A program made the translations under genes and the position numbers. Positions 25,867-37,315 of a stretch of DNA of 64,000 bases are shown here, piece by piece. The DNA lies in assembly GCF_036321535.1 (NCBI RefSeq), contig NC_087437.1, positions 45,510,001 through 45,574,000 of the forward strand. The letters are read 5' to 3'. This DNA is from Camelus dromedarius (Eukaryota). The first letter of the stretch is position 1, and each line of letters begins with the position of its first letter. A model generated the notes under the pieces. The model was not told the DNA's origin, made no database searches, and saw nothing but the letters and a program-made list of their open reading frames with translations.

Positions 25867-25935
25867 ATTTTTTTTTTTTTTTTCATTAAAGTTGATAGTT
25901 GATTTACGATGTCGTGTTAGTGGCTGGTGCTTTTT
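25867..25935 (-). mobile_element. Very short (~50 bp plus poly-T) L1 3' tip
   Basis: A poly-T run followed by ATTAAAGTTGATAGTTGATTTACGATGTCGTGTTAGT, the reverse complement of an L1 terminus. Confidence 0.55.
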
Positions 25936-28002
25936 AATGTATCAGTACACGTGATGATAAATGACTAGTACCTATCTTCCAGCAATTTAGGGCAGGTAAT
26001 TTCTTCCTTAAGTTCCTACAGATTTTTGCACCAGCTCCATTATCATTTGGATTTCAGCTTACTTCTATGCAGGTGATTTTTCTTTGGTTTTACATTTTTC
26101 TCACGTATACTGTGAACACACACAATGGGCTTCAAACAAGAGCATTTGATCTTTCCCTGTGCTTAACTTTCCAGGAAGATGTCACAATTGCCCCTTCTCA
26201 GTAATCAAAGGGTACTTCTATCTCTTCCTCTGAAAAATCACAGCTCTCAGGTGGGGAGGCAAAGGGAGATGGTACACCCTCACATCCTTCCTTCAGTTTT
26301 GAGAGTGAGAGAGATGAAAGAAGATGAAAACAGACTTCAAAACACACAGAAAACTCCTGTCTTTATAAAGGAAGAAAATGGTGGCATTCAAAACACTACA
26401 GAGCAATGTAAGCAGTATCTCCAACTCCTTAATAAATAAAAGGCTTTTCACAAAAGAAATCTTACCTGACCTGAGCCAATAAACCTCTACACAGTTCAGC
26501 AGCTGGTTTTATACTTCAAATAGCCAAGGTCTGCCTTCACATACCCTCAGTTCTGATACTTGAAATTTTTCAATATCCACTGTGTTCAAATTATTGTCAC
26601 CCCACAATCTTTTCTATCCCATTAACCTGAAAACTGAAGGAGAACGTGCCCTATGTTAAGCAATCTAACTTTCCTTCATTGGGGCCATTTAGGTCCAGTG
26701 GCTGAAGGTTACATATATGGTCTGTTGAAAACTTTCTAGACTTAAGTGACAGATTTGCTATTCTGGGTAAGTAGAAACCAATGATGAATTTATGATACGT
26801 TTTGTTTATTTGTTTTAACTAAGAAGGTTTGAAAAAAAAGTCAACTTAAACAAAAGCTTTGTAAACAGATGCACTGGAGACAAAGGCTGGCTGGGATGGT
26901 GACATTATGGACAGTTCCACAGAGGCCCCTCTCAGTCGAGTCCATACCCACTCTGTGTCTCTGACCCTTCATGCAGACCTGGTCCAGGGGGCAAGGGCCT
27001 GTGTCTGCCACCTGGAAGACAGCGGGGCAGCAGCTGAATGCAGAGCTCGGGGGCCATGGTTGGGGCCAACAGGTTTGGCCAGGTCCCCTTGTCCCAGCCT
27101 AAGCCCCCAAAGAGCCAGCCCCTCCCCAGACAGCCTGGGCCTCCCAGAGGACCCTTGCTTAGGCTCTAAGAATGAAGATGGCCAGCTGAGGCCAAGGCCT
27201 CTCTGGGCAGGGCAAGGAGGAGTGTCTGTGCATGACGACCAGCTCCAGGCCCTTGCTGAATGACCTCTCGGGCTGCAGCGCTCCCCTGTCCTCAAGCACA
27301 GGCCAAAGCCAGAGGCATCTCCATCTCCAAGCATAGCATCTGGCCTTGAAGCTGAGCCTCTGCCCCCACAGATCCGAGCAGAGCTCATCCTCCTCAGTGA
27401 CAGATTAAAGAGTTTAGTACCATATGACTTACTTTTAAATCAAAATGTCCACTGAAACATATTTTTCTAGTTGATGAGAGTTCCACTCTAAAAAGAAAGA
27501 CTGGGATGCAAAGTAAAGAAAAAAAACATCAAAACCCTTTTCTTATGTTTGTTAAAGCAGAATGTACCTCTGTGACTCATACAATTTGTGTTATAATTAT
27601 GTACAGAGATGTTTGGATACCTCAAAGCATCTAAAAATTCCCTAAATGGAAATCACTTTAGATTAAACATAATTTTAATGATCAGGTTAGCTTTTTATAT
27701 TTACACGCCAGCTAGTTTATATTTCACCAAGTGTTCTCCTCATGAAAGCAAGTCTTCTATATTTTTATTCCATGGATCATGCAAAAATTTCAGATCTGGG
27801 ATGTGGAGTTCAGGCAACCCCAGGAGGAGGTAGGACCCAGCATTAGGCATGAGCACTAACTTGGAGGAAACATCAGGGCAAAGCTGGTAGTGGGGAGGGA
27901 CAGACTGGACAGGTAGAGTTTCATGTCTAGAGCATATGGTATCCGGTGGCTGGACTGGTGATGCCTGTCAACAGAGAGGGAACTGGTTGGGTGAGGATCC
28001 TG

Positions 28003-28016
28003 CAAGTAGGGGGCGC
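28003..28016 (+). promoter_or_regulatory. Candidate CTCF site
   Basis: CAAGTAGGGGGCGC is one mismatch from the core CCAGTAGGGGGCGC; motif evidence only. Confidence 0.45.
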
Positions 28017-28229
28017 ACTGTGATGGGGTATCTGCGACAGTGGTCCACAGCAGGGGAGACTGGCAATAAGGAGAGGACCTCAGCTCCTGGGCTGTTCTGT
28101 AGGGATGTGATTTCAGTGACTGAAGGAAAGTGGAAGAAGCAAGTCATAGTTTCAATAAAAATGGCAGCCATTACCAACTACCAACAACAGAGGTTTGCTG
28201 AAAGACGGCAGGGGGCCAGGCCTCGTACT

Positions 28230-28412
28230 TAACATATTATGAAAATCATCTCACTCATGAAGTACTAGCTGCAATTTACAGGTGAGGGAACTGCTACTTA
28301 AATTACTCAGTCTTCCCAAATTCTCTCAGCTGGTAAGTGCCTGGGCCAGATTTCACCCATAAGCAGACTGATCTGGCCGCAGAGCTCTTGTGCACTGTGC
28401 TTTACTCTGCCT
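28230..28412 (-). mobile_element. MIR SINE
   Basis: TTTACAGGTGAGGGAACTG...CAGCTGGTAAGTG...GCCAGATTT...GCAGACTGA. Confidence 0.6.
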
Positions 28413-28531
28413 CTGGTGTGCCCGAAAGAACAGAGACACAGGGAACTCAGGGACTCGGGAACAAGGTGCAGTTGTAATACACTGGTACAGCATTTTGTGT
28501 TTCCATGACTTTATACTTTAAAAAAATTAGG

Positions 28532-28705
28532 AGGGGGGAGGGTATAGCTCAGTGGTAAGAGCGCATGCCTACCATGCATGAGGTCCTGGGTTCAATCCCC
28601 AGTATGTCCATTAAATAAACACATAAATAAATAAATCTAGTTAACTCACCCAACAAAAAACAAAAAAAATTTTTAATTAAAAAATAAAACAATAAAATTA
28701 AAAAG
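28532..28705 (+). mobile_element. tRNA-Ala-derived SINE (vic-1-like)
   Basis: Same tRNA-like head and an A-rich tail; TSD AAAATTAGG at 28523-28531 and 28706-28714. Confidence 0.9.
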
Positions 28706-28929
28706 AAAATTAGGGCCCCAACAGGTTAACTGACCTGTGGAAAATCACTCAGCTAAAAAATCTACAGCACTCTAGAACTTACAAAGCACTCTTGTTTAGA
28801 GGCATGGTCTCAGAGTCAAGATGGAAACCTAGATATTAGAGTTAGTGTTCATAGATCCAACCAATCAACAAGGTTGATTTGAACGTTACTATCACCCTAA
28901 AAAAGCACCTACAAGAATAGAAAAGAGAA

Positions 28930-29995
28930 AAATTTCGAGACTTGGATTAGGCAAAGAGCTCTTAGACATAATACCAAAAGCATGAACCATGAAATAAAAA
29001 TAGTTAAATCAAGCCTTACCAAAAACACAAAAAACCTCTTAATCTGTGAAAGACAGTGTTAAGAGAATGAAAAGACAAGCCTTATTAGAATTTATTTACA
29101 AATCACATGTCTGGCAAAGGACTTGTATTCAGAACATGTAAAACACTCAAAATTTGGCATTAAAAAATATGCAATATTACAAATGAGCAAAAAACCTGAG
29201 TAGACACTTCAGCAAAGTAAATATAGAAATGGAAAACAAGTTCAACATCATTAATCATTAGGAAAATAAAATCCCAATGATGTAACACTACACACCTATT
29301 TGAATAGCCAAAAGCAAAAGACCTAACAATACCAAGTCTGGCAAAAATGTGGAGCAACTGGAGCTCTCACACGCTGCTGGTGGGAACGCAAAATGGTCCA
29401 CCCAGTGTCAAAGACAGTTTGACAGTCTCTTATATAAATACACACTTGCCACATGACCTAGCAATTCCACTTGAAGATATTTATACAAGAGAAACAAAAA
29501 TTTAAGTTCAAAAAACAACTATAAGCTAACATTTAAAAGCATTTTATTCATCATTGCTAAAATATTGGAAATAATCAATACATCTCTCAACTGATTACAA
29601 ACTGTTGTACACACATTCAATGCAATACTATTCAGCAATAAAAAGAGTCTAACTACAGATACGTGCAAATCATGAAGGAATTCCAAATGCAATATGCTAA
29701 ATGAAAAAGCCAAACCCAAAGACTACACACCGGCTGATTTCATTTATGTGACATTCTCAGAAAGGCAACAACCATTGGTTGGAGAACAGACCAATAATTG
29801 CCAGGGCTTGGAGTGGAAGAGGGGTTGATTACAAAGAGGCATGAAAGATGATGAAATTTCTGTATCTTAATTGTGGTGGTGGCCACAAGATTCTGTAGGT
29901 TAGCAAAACTTAGAGCACAATACACCAAAAAAAAAAAAAAAAGGCAAACAAACCTTGAAAAATTTGCTGTAAGTTAGATAAATTTTAAAATAAAA
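28930..29995 (+). mobile_element. Old L1 3' region (L1MC/L1MD-like)
   Basis: GTGAAAGACAGTGTTAAGAGAATGAAAAGACAAGCC, ATGTGGAGCAACTGGAGCTCTCACACGCTGCTGGTGGGAA, CATGACCTAGCAATTCCACT, then a 3' UTR. Confidence 0.8.
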
Positions 29996-31984
29996 CTTTT
30001 TAAAGTGATTATTTATTTTTGCACAATAAACTCTATATGTATATGTGCATTAGGAGAAAAGAAGAGAGAGGGAAAAGAGAGAGTGATTTTGCCAAAAGAT
30101 GGATTCTATATGAAAGTACAGGAAGCCTGGCCTTTCCCCTACAGAGTGGCTCCCGCAGAGCAGTCATTCAATAAGCATTTGTAAGTTGAAACGAATAACA
30201 AAAAGAATAGCAGAGTGAACAAATTACCTCTAATTTCATTTGCAAACAATAAATACCAGGATTAAACCATTGATGCCATTCTCAATTGTCTCAGTAATGA
30301 TTCAGTTCAACATCTTGAACTTCTACCACTCTATACACACCAAACTTGGAAAGTTACATAAAAGCAACAACAAAGTTAATTCAATTAATTTCTTAGCACA
30401 CCTAAAATTCAGGATGGCCAATGATAATTTTTGTTGTCACCTCAAGTTACAAATTAGTAATTTAAAAAGCATAACAATGGAAAAGAATTATATATATTAG
30501 GTGTGATTATGATTTGATTTTCTGGACATGTTAAATTCATCTTTATTATAATTGATGAATATATAATATAGAATGTTACTTTAGAACAATGTGAGCACAA
30601 GGAAAATATATCAAATAAATAACATTTCATATGCTGAGTGCATTTTATTTTTAATCCAAATTTTTGTAGAATGAGTCAACGCTGCTTTAAACTACCTGTA
30701 AAGAATACAAATTATAGTTATCATCATGATTTGTTTTAAAAATGAGTCATTACAGCTTAAGTAATTTCATCTGAAAAAATCAACTACAATTCAAAAAGCA
30801 AAAGAAAGTATTGAGAAAACAATGTGTGATGTTAGTGGATATATTTTACTTCTGAATATAGATAAATGTCAAATAAATTATCTTTTTAAAGTATAAACTT
30901 TTATGAGATTATGTCGATTAAAAAAATAGCTTCAGCTGTTAGCACAAAAGTCTAATAGCATGTATTGATGTTCACTGAGTTGGATACATGAGATATTACA
31001 CTGAAATGAAAAGTGCACACATTTGATTCAATTTCAAGACAACTGTACATTGTCCAAGCTTACCTTTGTTTAGTTAAAAGAAATAATCAGATTAATAATG
31101 AAGCCACTCCCCAATCACAGAAAGTAAGGCAGAAAATGAAATTTAAGGAAAAAAATTTTGGCTTATTTTGCAATTATCTACCCCAGTTTTAATTTCACCT
31201 GGCAACATGCAGCATTATTTTCAAGACAGACAATGCAGCCTCACTCAATAATACTTGTGTTGCTATTTCTTTTGGTAACAACTTGACATATGGGCCTACT
31301 TGCACAGGGCAGCAACAAGGATTCAGTACTTAAATCCAACACATTTTTGGTCCAGAATAATTAGTTCAGTGTCTGCCCCTGAGCAAGTAATGCATTTTAT
31401 GATGATTACTAATACTTTCCCAGGAGTCCAATAAATATTTGTGTTAACAGTGGATTAATACTTCAATAAAAATTTTTTCAAGTAGATTAGACAAAAGTTA
31501 TATTAACCTATCCCTAATTTAAGCTTTAAATATTTGGAGAAAACATTGATCCTTGTGTCACACACCCAAAATGATGATAAATTATTTGCAATAAATTGAT
31601 TGCAATAAGTGCTACAAAAATAAGTATAATTTTCCTCCAATAAAAGCTCATCTAAAAAAAATGCTCATCTAACCAGATTTACCTATCTTCTCATCTTTTT
31701 CTGTAAAAGCATTTGATGGCCAACTATCCAGACTGTGACAGGATGCTGACTTTATGGAAAATCACAGATTATTCATTTTTGTGTATTTAGCATCCAGCAC
31801 AGTGACTGGTCCATGCTATACTATACACTCAATAAAAATATTGAACTGGCTGGAAATGTGAATGAATTCTACATAACAAGAACTGAGCAAAATTATGATC
31901 TTAGGACATTATGCCGGAGTCAATTTTAAATAAAATAGGATGGGGTAGGATGGGAATATTCTCAGATACTACATGTATGAATAA

Positions 31985-32480
31985 ATATTTATACAAATTT
32001 CCCAATGACAGTTTAACAAGATTTTTTAAAAGCCTTAAAAATGTGTTGTACACATTGATCTACCATTTTATTTTCTAGAAATTAATCCCGAGAAAGGTAT
32101 CTAGGATGTACACAAAGATTTGCATATGTTTTTAATAACAGCAAAAAGCTGGAAGCCATCTTCTAAATATATAATAAAAAGTAAATGATTATATAAAGTA
32201 TGGCCTAATCACACATTAAAATATTTTTGTATCACTAAAAAGAATGCTATTTTTTAGGGAAACTTGCTCATTATTTATTAAGTTAGAACTTTAAACTGGA
32301 ATGCATAATCCCATTTTTGGCACAAATGTATGCGTGTGAATCTATATACAGCAAAGTGGTGCACACCAAGTTGTTCTTCATGGTTAATCTGTACATGGGG
32401 GATTTAACTTTATCTTTTTCCTATCTGAATTTTGTAATTTTCAACAGTGGACCTGTATTTTTATGGAAATAAGAAAATGC
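31985..32480 (+). mobile_element. Highly degraded L1ME-like 3' fragment
   Basis: Weak similarity to L1 3' motifs in A-rich sequence. Confidence 0.4.
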
Positions 32481-32499
32481 AAATAACAAAGTGAAAAAC

Positions 32500-32860
32500 A
32501 GATGCTTGGCAAGAAATAGTGACAAGGCCACTCACAACCACCAAAATGACTAGTGGCCCCTCTTCCCAGTAACCTGAGTGATGGCTGCTTCTTTACCAGG
32601 CCAGGGCTACTTCTAACATTGCTTTAATTCTCTTAATTTGTTGACAGTATCAAATCCAGAATGAGTTTCCACTTTATAATCCACCCTTAGAATCATCAGC
32701 ACAAGCCCAAAGCCTCTAAGACGGTCCCCACAACACTCCCTCACTGAAGTACTTTCATCTCTACACTTGAAGGCATTCTCAGACCCTGCTGCACCAAGTA
32801 AATAAACCCAGCTTTGTGGCTGTGGGTGTGTTCCTGGTGATCTTAGGTGGTTTCTGGTGT
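32500..32860 (+). mobile_element. Old ERV1 LTR (MER31/MER67-like)
   Basis: GTAAATAAACCCAGCTTTG...GTGTGTTCCTGGTGATCTT 3' region and ACAAGCCCAAA motif. Confidence 0.5.
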
Positions 32861-32995
32861 CGTGATGATGGTGGTGCTGATGATGGTGAAAGTGATGTTA
32901 GTGATGCTGGCAATGATTAGATGATGTTGGTATTGAGGTGGTTGTGATGGAGAGGGTGGTGGAGGTGGTGATAACAGAGGTGGGAGTGTGTGGGT
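32860..32995. repeat. Degenerate (GAT/GGT)n low-complexity tract
   Basis: GTGATGATGGTGGTGCTGATGATGGTG...GGTGGTGGAGGTGGTGAT. Confidence 0.8.
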
Positions 32996-33129
32996 GAGAG
33001 TTTACCACTGGTGGTATCTGGACCCCAGGAAACAGAAGATAAATGTTCTCTTATACATATTCCAACAATGTAATTATAAATCCTATTGTTCCCAGCGCAG
33101 TAAAACCAATAAAGTTAAGTAGGAAGAAA

Positions 33130-33250
33130 ATACATTAGGAGTCAGGAGTTACAGGTTTGAGTTTTGGTTTTGCCACTAGTTTACTTTGTTACCTTAAGCT
33201 AATCATTCAACCTCTCAAGATCTCATTTAATTCATCTACAAAATGAAGTT
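33130..33250 (+). mobile_element. MIR SINE
   Basis: GGAGTCAGGAG...TTTGCCACTAG...ACCTTAAGC...TCATTCAACCTCTC...CATCTACAAAATG. Confidence 0.6.
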
Positions 33251-33351
33251 TACTTGAGTAACTCCTACAGTAACTGCTCACACTGCATAGCTTCATGTTT
33301 GCTCTTCCCAAGGAATCAGAGTTGGAGGCCTAGACAGGATCACGTACAGTC

Positions 33352-33539
33352 TAGGTCAACTGCCTGTTTTTGTAAATAAAGTTTTATTGGAACACAGCCA
33401 CACATGCTACATACTGTCTACGGCTCCTTCACATTACAATGAAACCCAACAGCTGAGTGATTGCAAGAGAAACCGTATGATCCACAAAGCCTAAACTATT
33501 TATTACTGGTCCTTCGCGGAAAAAGCTTGCTGACCCCTG
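33352..33539. mobile_element. MER58A-like element, opposite orientation to the 9078 copy, one end truncated
   Basis: GCCTGTTTTTGTAAATAAAGTTTTATTGGAACACAGCCAC...AAAAAGCTTGCTGACCCCTG. Confidence 0.85.
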
Positions 33540-33589
33540 GTTTAGGTGTATGTTAAACAGGACTTTGGTACGTTTGAGGCGTATCTTAT

Positions 33590-33735
33590 TAGCAGAAGGT
33601 ACATTTCACAAAATAGAGATTTTAGTCTACCTTGTTCCTTAATGTATCCTAAGTGCCTATGGCAGTGCCTAGCACCAGTAGATGCTGGATATTTATTAAA
33701 CGAATGAGTGCATGAGAATGAATAAATGAACAAAT
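33590..33735 (+). mobile_element. L2 3' end
   Basis: TGTATCCTAAGTGCCTATGGCAGTGCCTAGCACCAGTAGATGCTGGATATTTATTAAACGAATGA...GAATGAAT. Confidence 0.65.
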
Positions 33736-34320
33736 TAATTGTAGCCTCTAATACTTATTCTTCAGCACTCTTCTTGCCATGGTATGGTTTCTATTTGCTG
33801 TAGAATTTAAAATATATTCCAATAAAGGAAGTCTATATATAATACCCATCTGCAGTGTTGTCCTATAGCTCACCCAGCTGTATCTAGTTCCAACTGCGTA
33901 ACAGGGCTTAGCCTGAAGTGAATTTCAGCATGAATCTCAGAGCAGCAGCGCACACTATCTGATCCCACTTAGAAGGCCAGCGTGGAATAATAAAAGTAGT
34001 GGACTCTCCTATTTCGGGAAAAACACTCCTTTTTTGGTTTGGAAGATAAGAGAATAAAGTAAAAATGGAAAAGAGTCACCAAGTATTATAATCTGAGCAC
34101 TAGTATCCCTTGTTTTTTTCGGATTTCTAAAAGCAAGATTTACTGATCTTTCATTTGTTTTGTGTCAGCTCACAGAACAAAAGTAACCAACAATGAACCC
34201 AAAGACAAAACTTAGGTTTCAGTATCTGGCTTTTCTTCTTTTTTTATATGCTGACACATCCAGTAAACTACTTTCAGAAAAATTTATTCTCTTTTGTTTG
34301 CTTGATTTAAAAGAAGTATT

Positions 34321-35620
34321 GGATTCTGGAGAAGATGGCGGAGTAGAAGGACGCTCGCAGGTCACCCTCTCCCACTAATACACCAAGACCCACATCTACA
34401 GACCCACTCAGCCAACCAGAGCACTTGTGGAACTCCGACAGAACATCGCCCTCTTCAAAAGATAAAGACGCCAAAAATCTGGTAGGAGAAAAGGAAAAAA
34501 GAAAGAACAAAAGGCAAAGCAGCGCGGGACGGGTCCCACGGGGAGGGAGCAGCAAAGGAGGACTGGCGCTCGCTCGCTGGGTCTCCCCTCTCCAACTGAG
34601 AGGCCAGCGGGACGGAGGGGGAGCCTCCGAGGCTCGGATCTGTACAGAGCAGCCCTTGACTAACAGAACTAAGTTAAACGGGCACAGAGCGTCCCCCCGA
34701 CACCCAGCCTGAGACGCAGGCCGGCAGCCGCGGGCAGGGCCAGGCTGCACAAGCCGGGCAGAGGACAGAAGTGGCTGCACAGAGGCAGCCCCGGGGGAAC
34801 GCAACGGGCTGCGCGCCGTGGCTGTGGGTGCACAGGGCAGAACAACCTGGGCCCTCCATAAAACAGCAAGGTTGATGTGCTCTCGGGGGAAGGGTGCACA
34901 CCCCCATCTCTGAAAACCCGCGGAAAGTTTTCAGGGGAAGAGACGCGGGGCTCAGGCACAGCCGCCATATCCTCCGCGCTTAGCACTCAGGCGGGGGCGG
35001 GGGAGAAACCTGCATCCGCACGGTAGGGTTTAGCAGCCTCAAAGGCCAGACTGAGACTGGCCTGCAGCCCGGGGCAGATAGGATCCTTCCATCCTGGTCC
35101 CTCAGAGAACTTGCTCCACAAAGACAAACAAGGAGCTGGGTTTTGGCTCGGAGCAGGGACAGGGCTGTCCCTCGGTCTTCCCCGAGCCCACCTGCGGAGC
35201 ACCGACCAGGGCGGAGTGCCGACCAGGGCGGAGCGCGCAGCCGCACAGAGAGCGGAGCTACCGGCAGCGGTGCAGTTAGAGCGAGAGCGGCCCCCCCACC
35301 GCCTTTCGGGCAGGAACACAGCCCCTGACTGAGGTGCTGGGAGGGGGCACAACCCACCCTCCTACCCGGCCAGTCTGCAACATCTGACTGCGGCATCCGG
35401 AGGGGCAGCGACCCGCCCGCCCACAGCAGAGAGCTGCACCTGACCCAGTGTTAGGAGGAGGCGCGATCTGCTTGCCGACAGGTGCTGGGAGCAGCACAGA
35501 AGAGGGCGCCAACGGAGGGCCTCTGAAAACAGCAAGCTGAGCTTCCAAAACAGGATGAAGACAGAAAGACTTCAGATTAAAAGCACACAGACTCCAGGAG
35601 AACACCGACAACCCCTCCCC
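34321..35620 (+). promoter_or_regulatory. L1 5' UTR internal promoter / CpG-island-like region with a YY1 site
   Basis: Abrupt rise in GC and CpG starting exactly at the TSD. AAGATGGCG (YY1 motif typical of L1 5' ends) at 34332-34340. A GC-box-like 15-mer CCGACCAGGGCGGAG is duplicated at 35202-35216 and 35219-35233. Confidence 0.8.
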
Positions 35621-36017
35621 CCCTTTTTTTTAAAATCTGTTTTTACCTGTTCTGTTTTCTATTACTCTCTTAATCTTTACTTCTTAATTCATTTCTATTT
35701 CTCTTGGGTTTTGATGTCCTGCTATTGATTAGACACAGGTTTCAAATACATCTATTCATCTCCCCCCCCCTTTTTTTGTAAAGGTTTCAAAAGGACGTCT
35801 CAACCCGATTAATACTCTGCTTCAACTCACTCTTCTATTATTCATTATACACTGTTTTCAAACCCTCTTTCTCCCTTCTTTTAAAATTCTTTCTCTCTCT
35901 CTCATTTTTTTTTCCTAAGTTCTATTCCTAAATAGGCATCAGATAGATAAAATCCTTAAGGACCAAAATAAACAGCTGATACTCCATAAACCACAGTGCC
36001 AAAGAGGTATCAGCAAG

Positions 36018-36911
36018 ATGAAGAAACAGAAAAACCTTTCCCAATTAAAAGAACAAGAAAAATCCCCTGAAAGAAAGATCAACGAAATAGACATCGATAG
36101 CCTACTAGATCAAGATTTCAAAAAAGAAGTGATCAAATTGCTGAAGGAATTAAAACAGATAGTGTTTAGAGATATAAAATATGTCAAAAATGAAATTGAA
36201 GCTATAAAGAAGAGCCAAGTAGAATGGGTAAACTCATTGACAGAGATGAGGAATGATCTAATAGCTGTGCAAAGCCGACTAAATAATGCAGAGGAACGAA
36301 TTAGTGATCTAGAAGACACGGCAATAGAAAGCACCCATTCAGAAGAACTACAAGAGAAGCAAATAAAAAATAATGAAAATAGCATAAGGGACCTATGGGA
36401 TAATATAAAGCATCCCAATCTTCGCATAATAGGGGTCCCAGAAGGAGAAGAAAGATCAAAGGGGATTGAAAAGGTTTTTGGAGAAATCATGACTGAAAAC
36501 TTCCCAAACTTAAAGAAGGAATCAGATATCCAAGTACAGGAAGCTCAGAGGGTCCCAAACAGGAAGAAGCCAAATAGACCCACACCAAGACATATCATAA
36601 TCAAGATGGCCAGAGTCAAGGATAAAGAAATGATTCTAAAGGCAGCAAGAGAAAAGCAAAGAGTAAGTTACAAGGGAACCCCCAAAAGGCTCTCAGCTGA
36701 TTTCTCTACACAAACACTACAGGCCAGAAGGGAGTGGCAAGATATATTCAAAGCCCTGAATGAAAAAAAGATGCAGCCTAGGATCCTTTATCCAGCAAGG
36801 CTATCCTTGAGGATAGAAGGAGAAATAAAGAGTTTCACAGACAAAAAAAAGCTGCAGGAGTTCAGCAACACTAAACCCATGCTAAAAGAAATATTGAAAG
36901 GGCTATTCTAA
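36018..36911 (+). CDS. L1 ORF1p (RNA-binding/nucleic acid chaperone), 297 aa, open
   Basis: Basic N-terminus MKKQKN, coiled-coil heptads, RRM motif NLRIIGVPEGEE, and conserved motifs AAREKQ, QARREW, YPARLS. Confidence 0.96.
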   Translation: MKKQKNLSQLKEQEKSPERKINEIDIDSLLDQDFKKEVIKLLKELKQIVFRDIKYVKNEIEAIKKSQVEWVNSLTEMRNDLIAVQSRLNNAEERISDLEDTAIESTHSEELQEKQIKNNENSIRDLWDNIKHPNLRIIGVPEGEERSKGIEKVFGEIMTENFPNLKKESDIQVQEAQRVPNRKKPNRPTPRHIIIKMARVKDKEMILKAAREKQRVSYKGTPKRLSADFSTQTLQARREWQDIFKALNEKKMQPRILYPARLSLRIEGEIKSFTDKKKLQEFSNTKPMLKEILKGLF

Positions 36912-37315
36912 ATAGAAAAGCAGCAGGATGCTACAGAAATGAGAAACGCACAACTGGAAAGGTGATAACTCATGAATTACAAATAAAGTAAACATGAAAT
37001 TATAAAAGAAGACATACAACTCACTGAGAGTGAGAGAGGGAGGCAGGGAAATATAGAATATTTTTTTCTTTCTTTTTTAAATTTTTTTAACAGTAGGATG
37101 GGTTTGAGATCATGTTACTATCAGTTTAATAAAAACAGTTATAGTAATGGGTTGACAGATTTACAAAAAAGGGTAACCACAAGCCAAAAATTTACAAAGG
37201 AGTCACAAAAAGTAAATAAAATCCATGATAATACAAAGGAAAATTACCAAACCACAAAAGGAAGAAGAAAGGAACAAAGAGGATATACCAATTCAACTGC
37301 AAAGATAAGTTCAAA

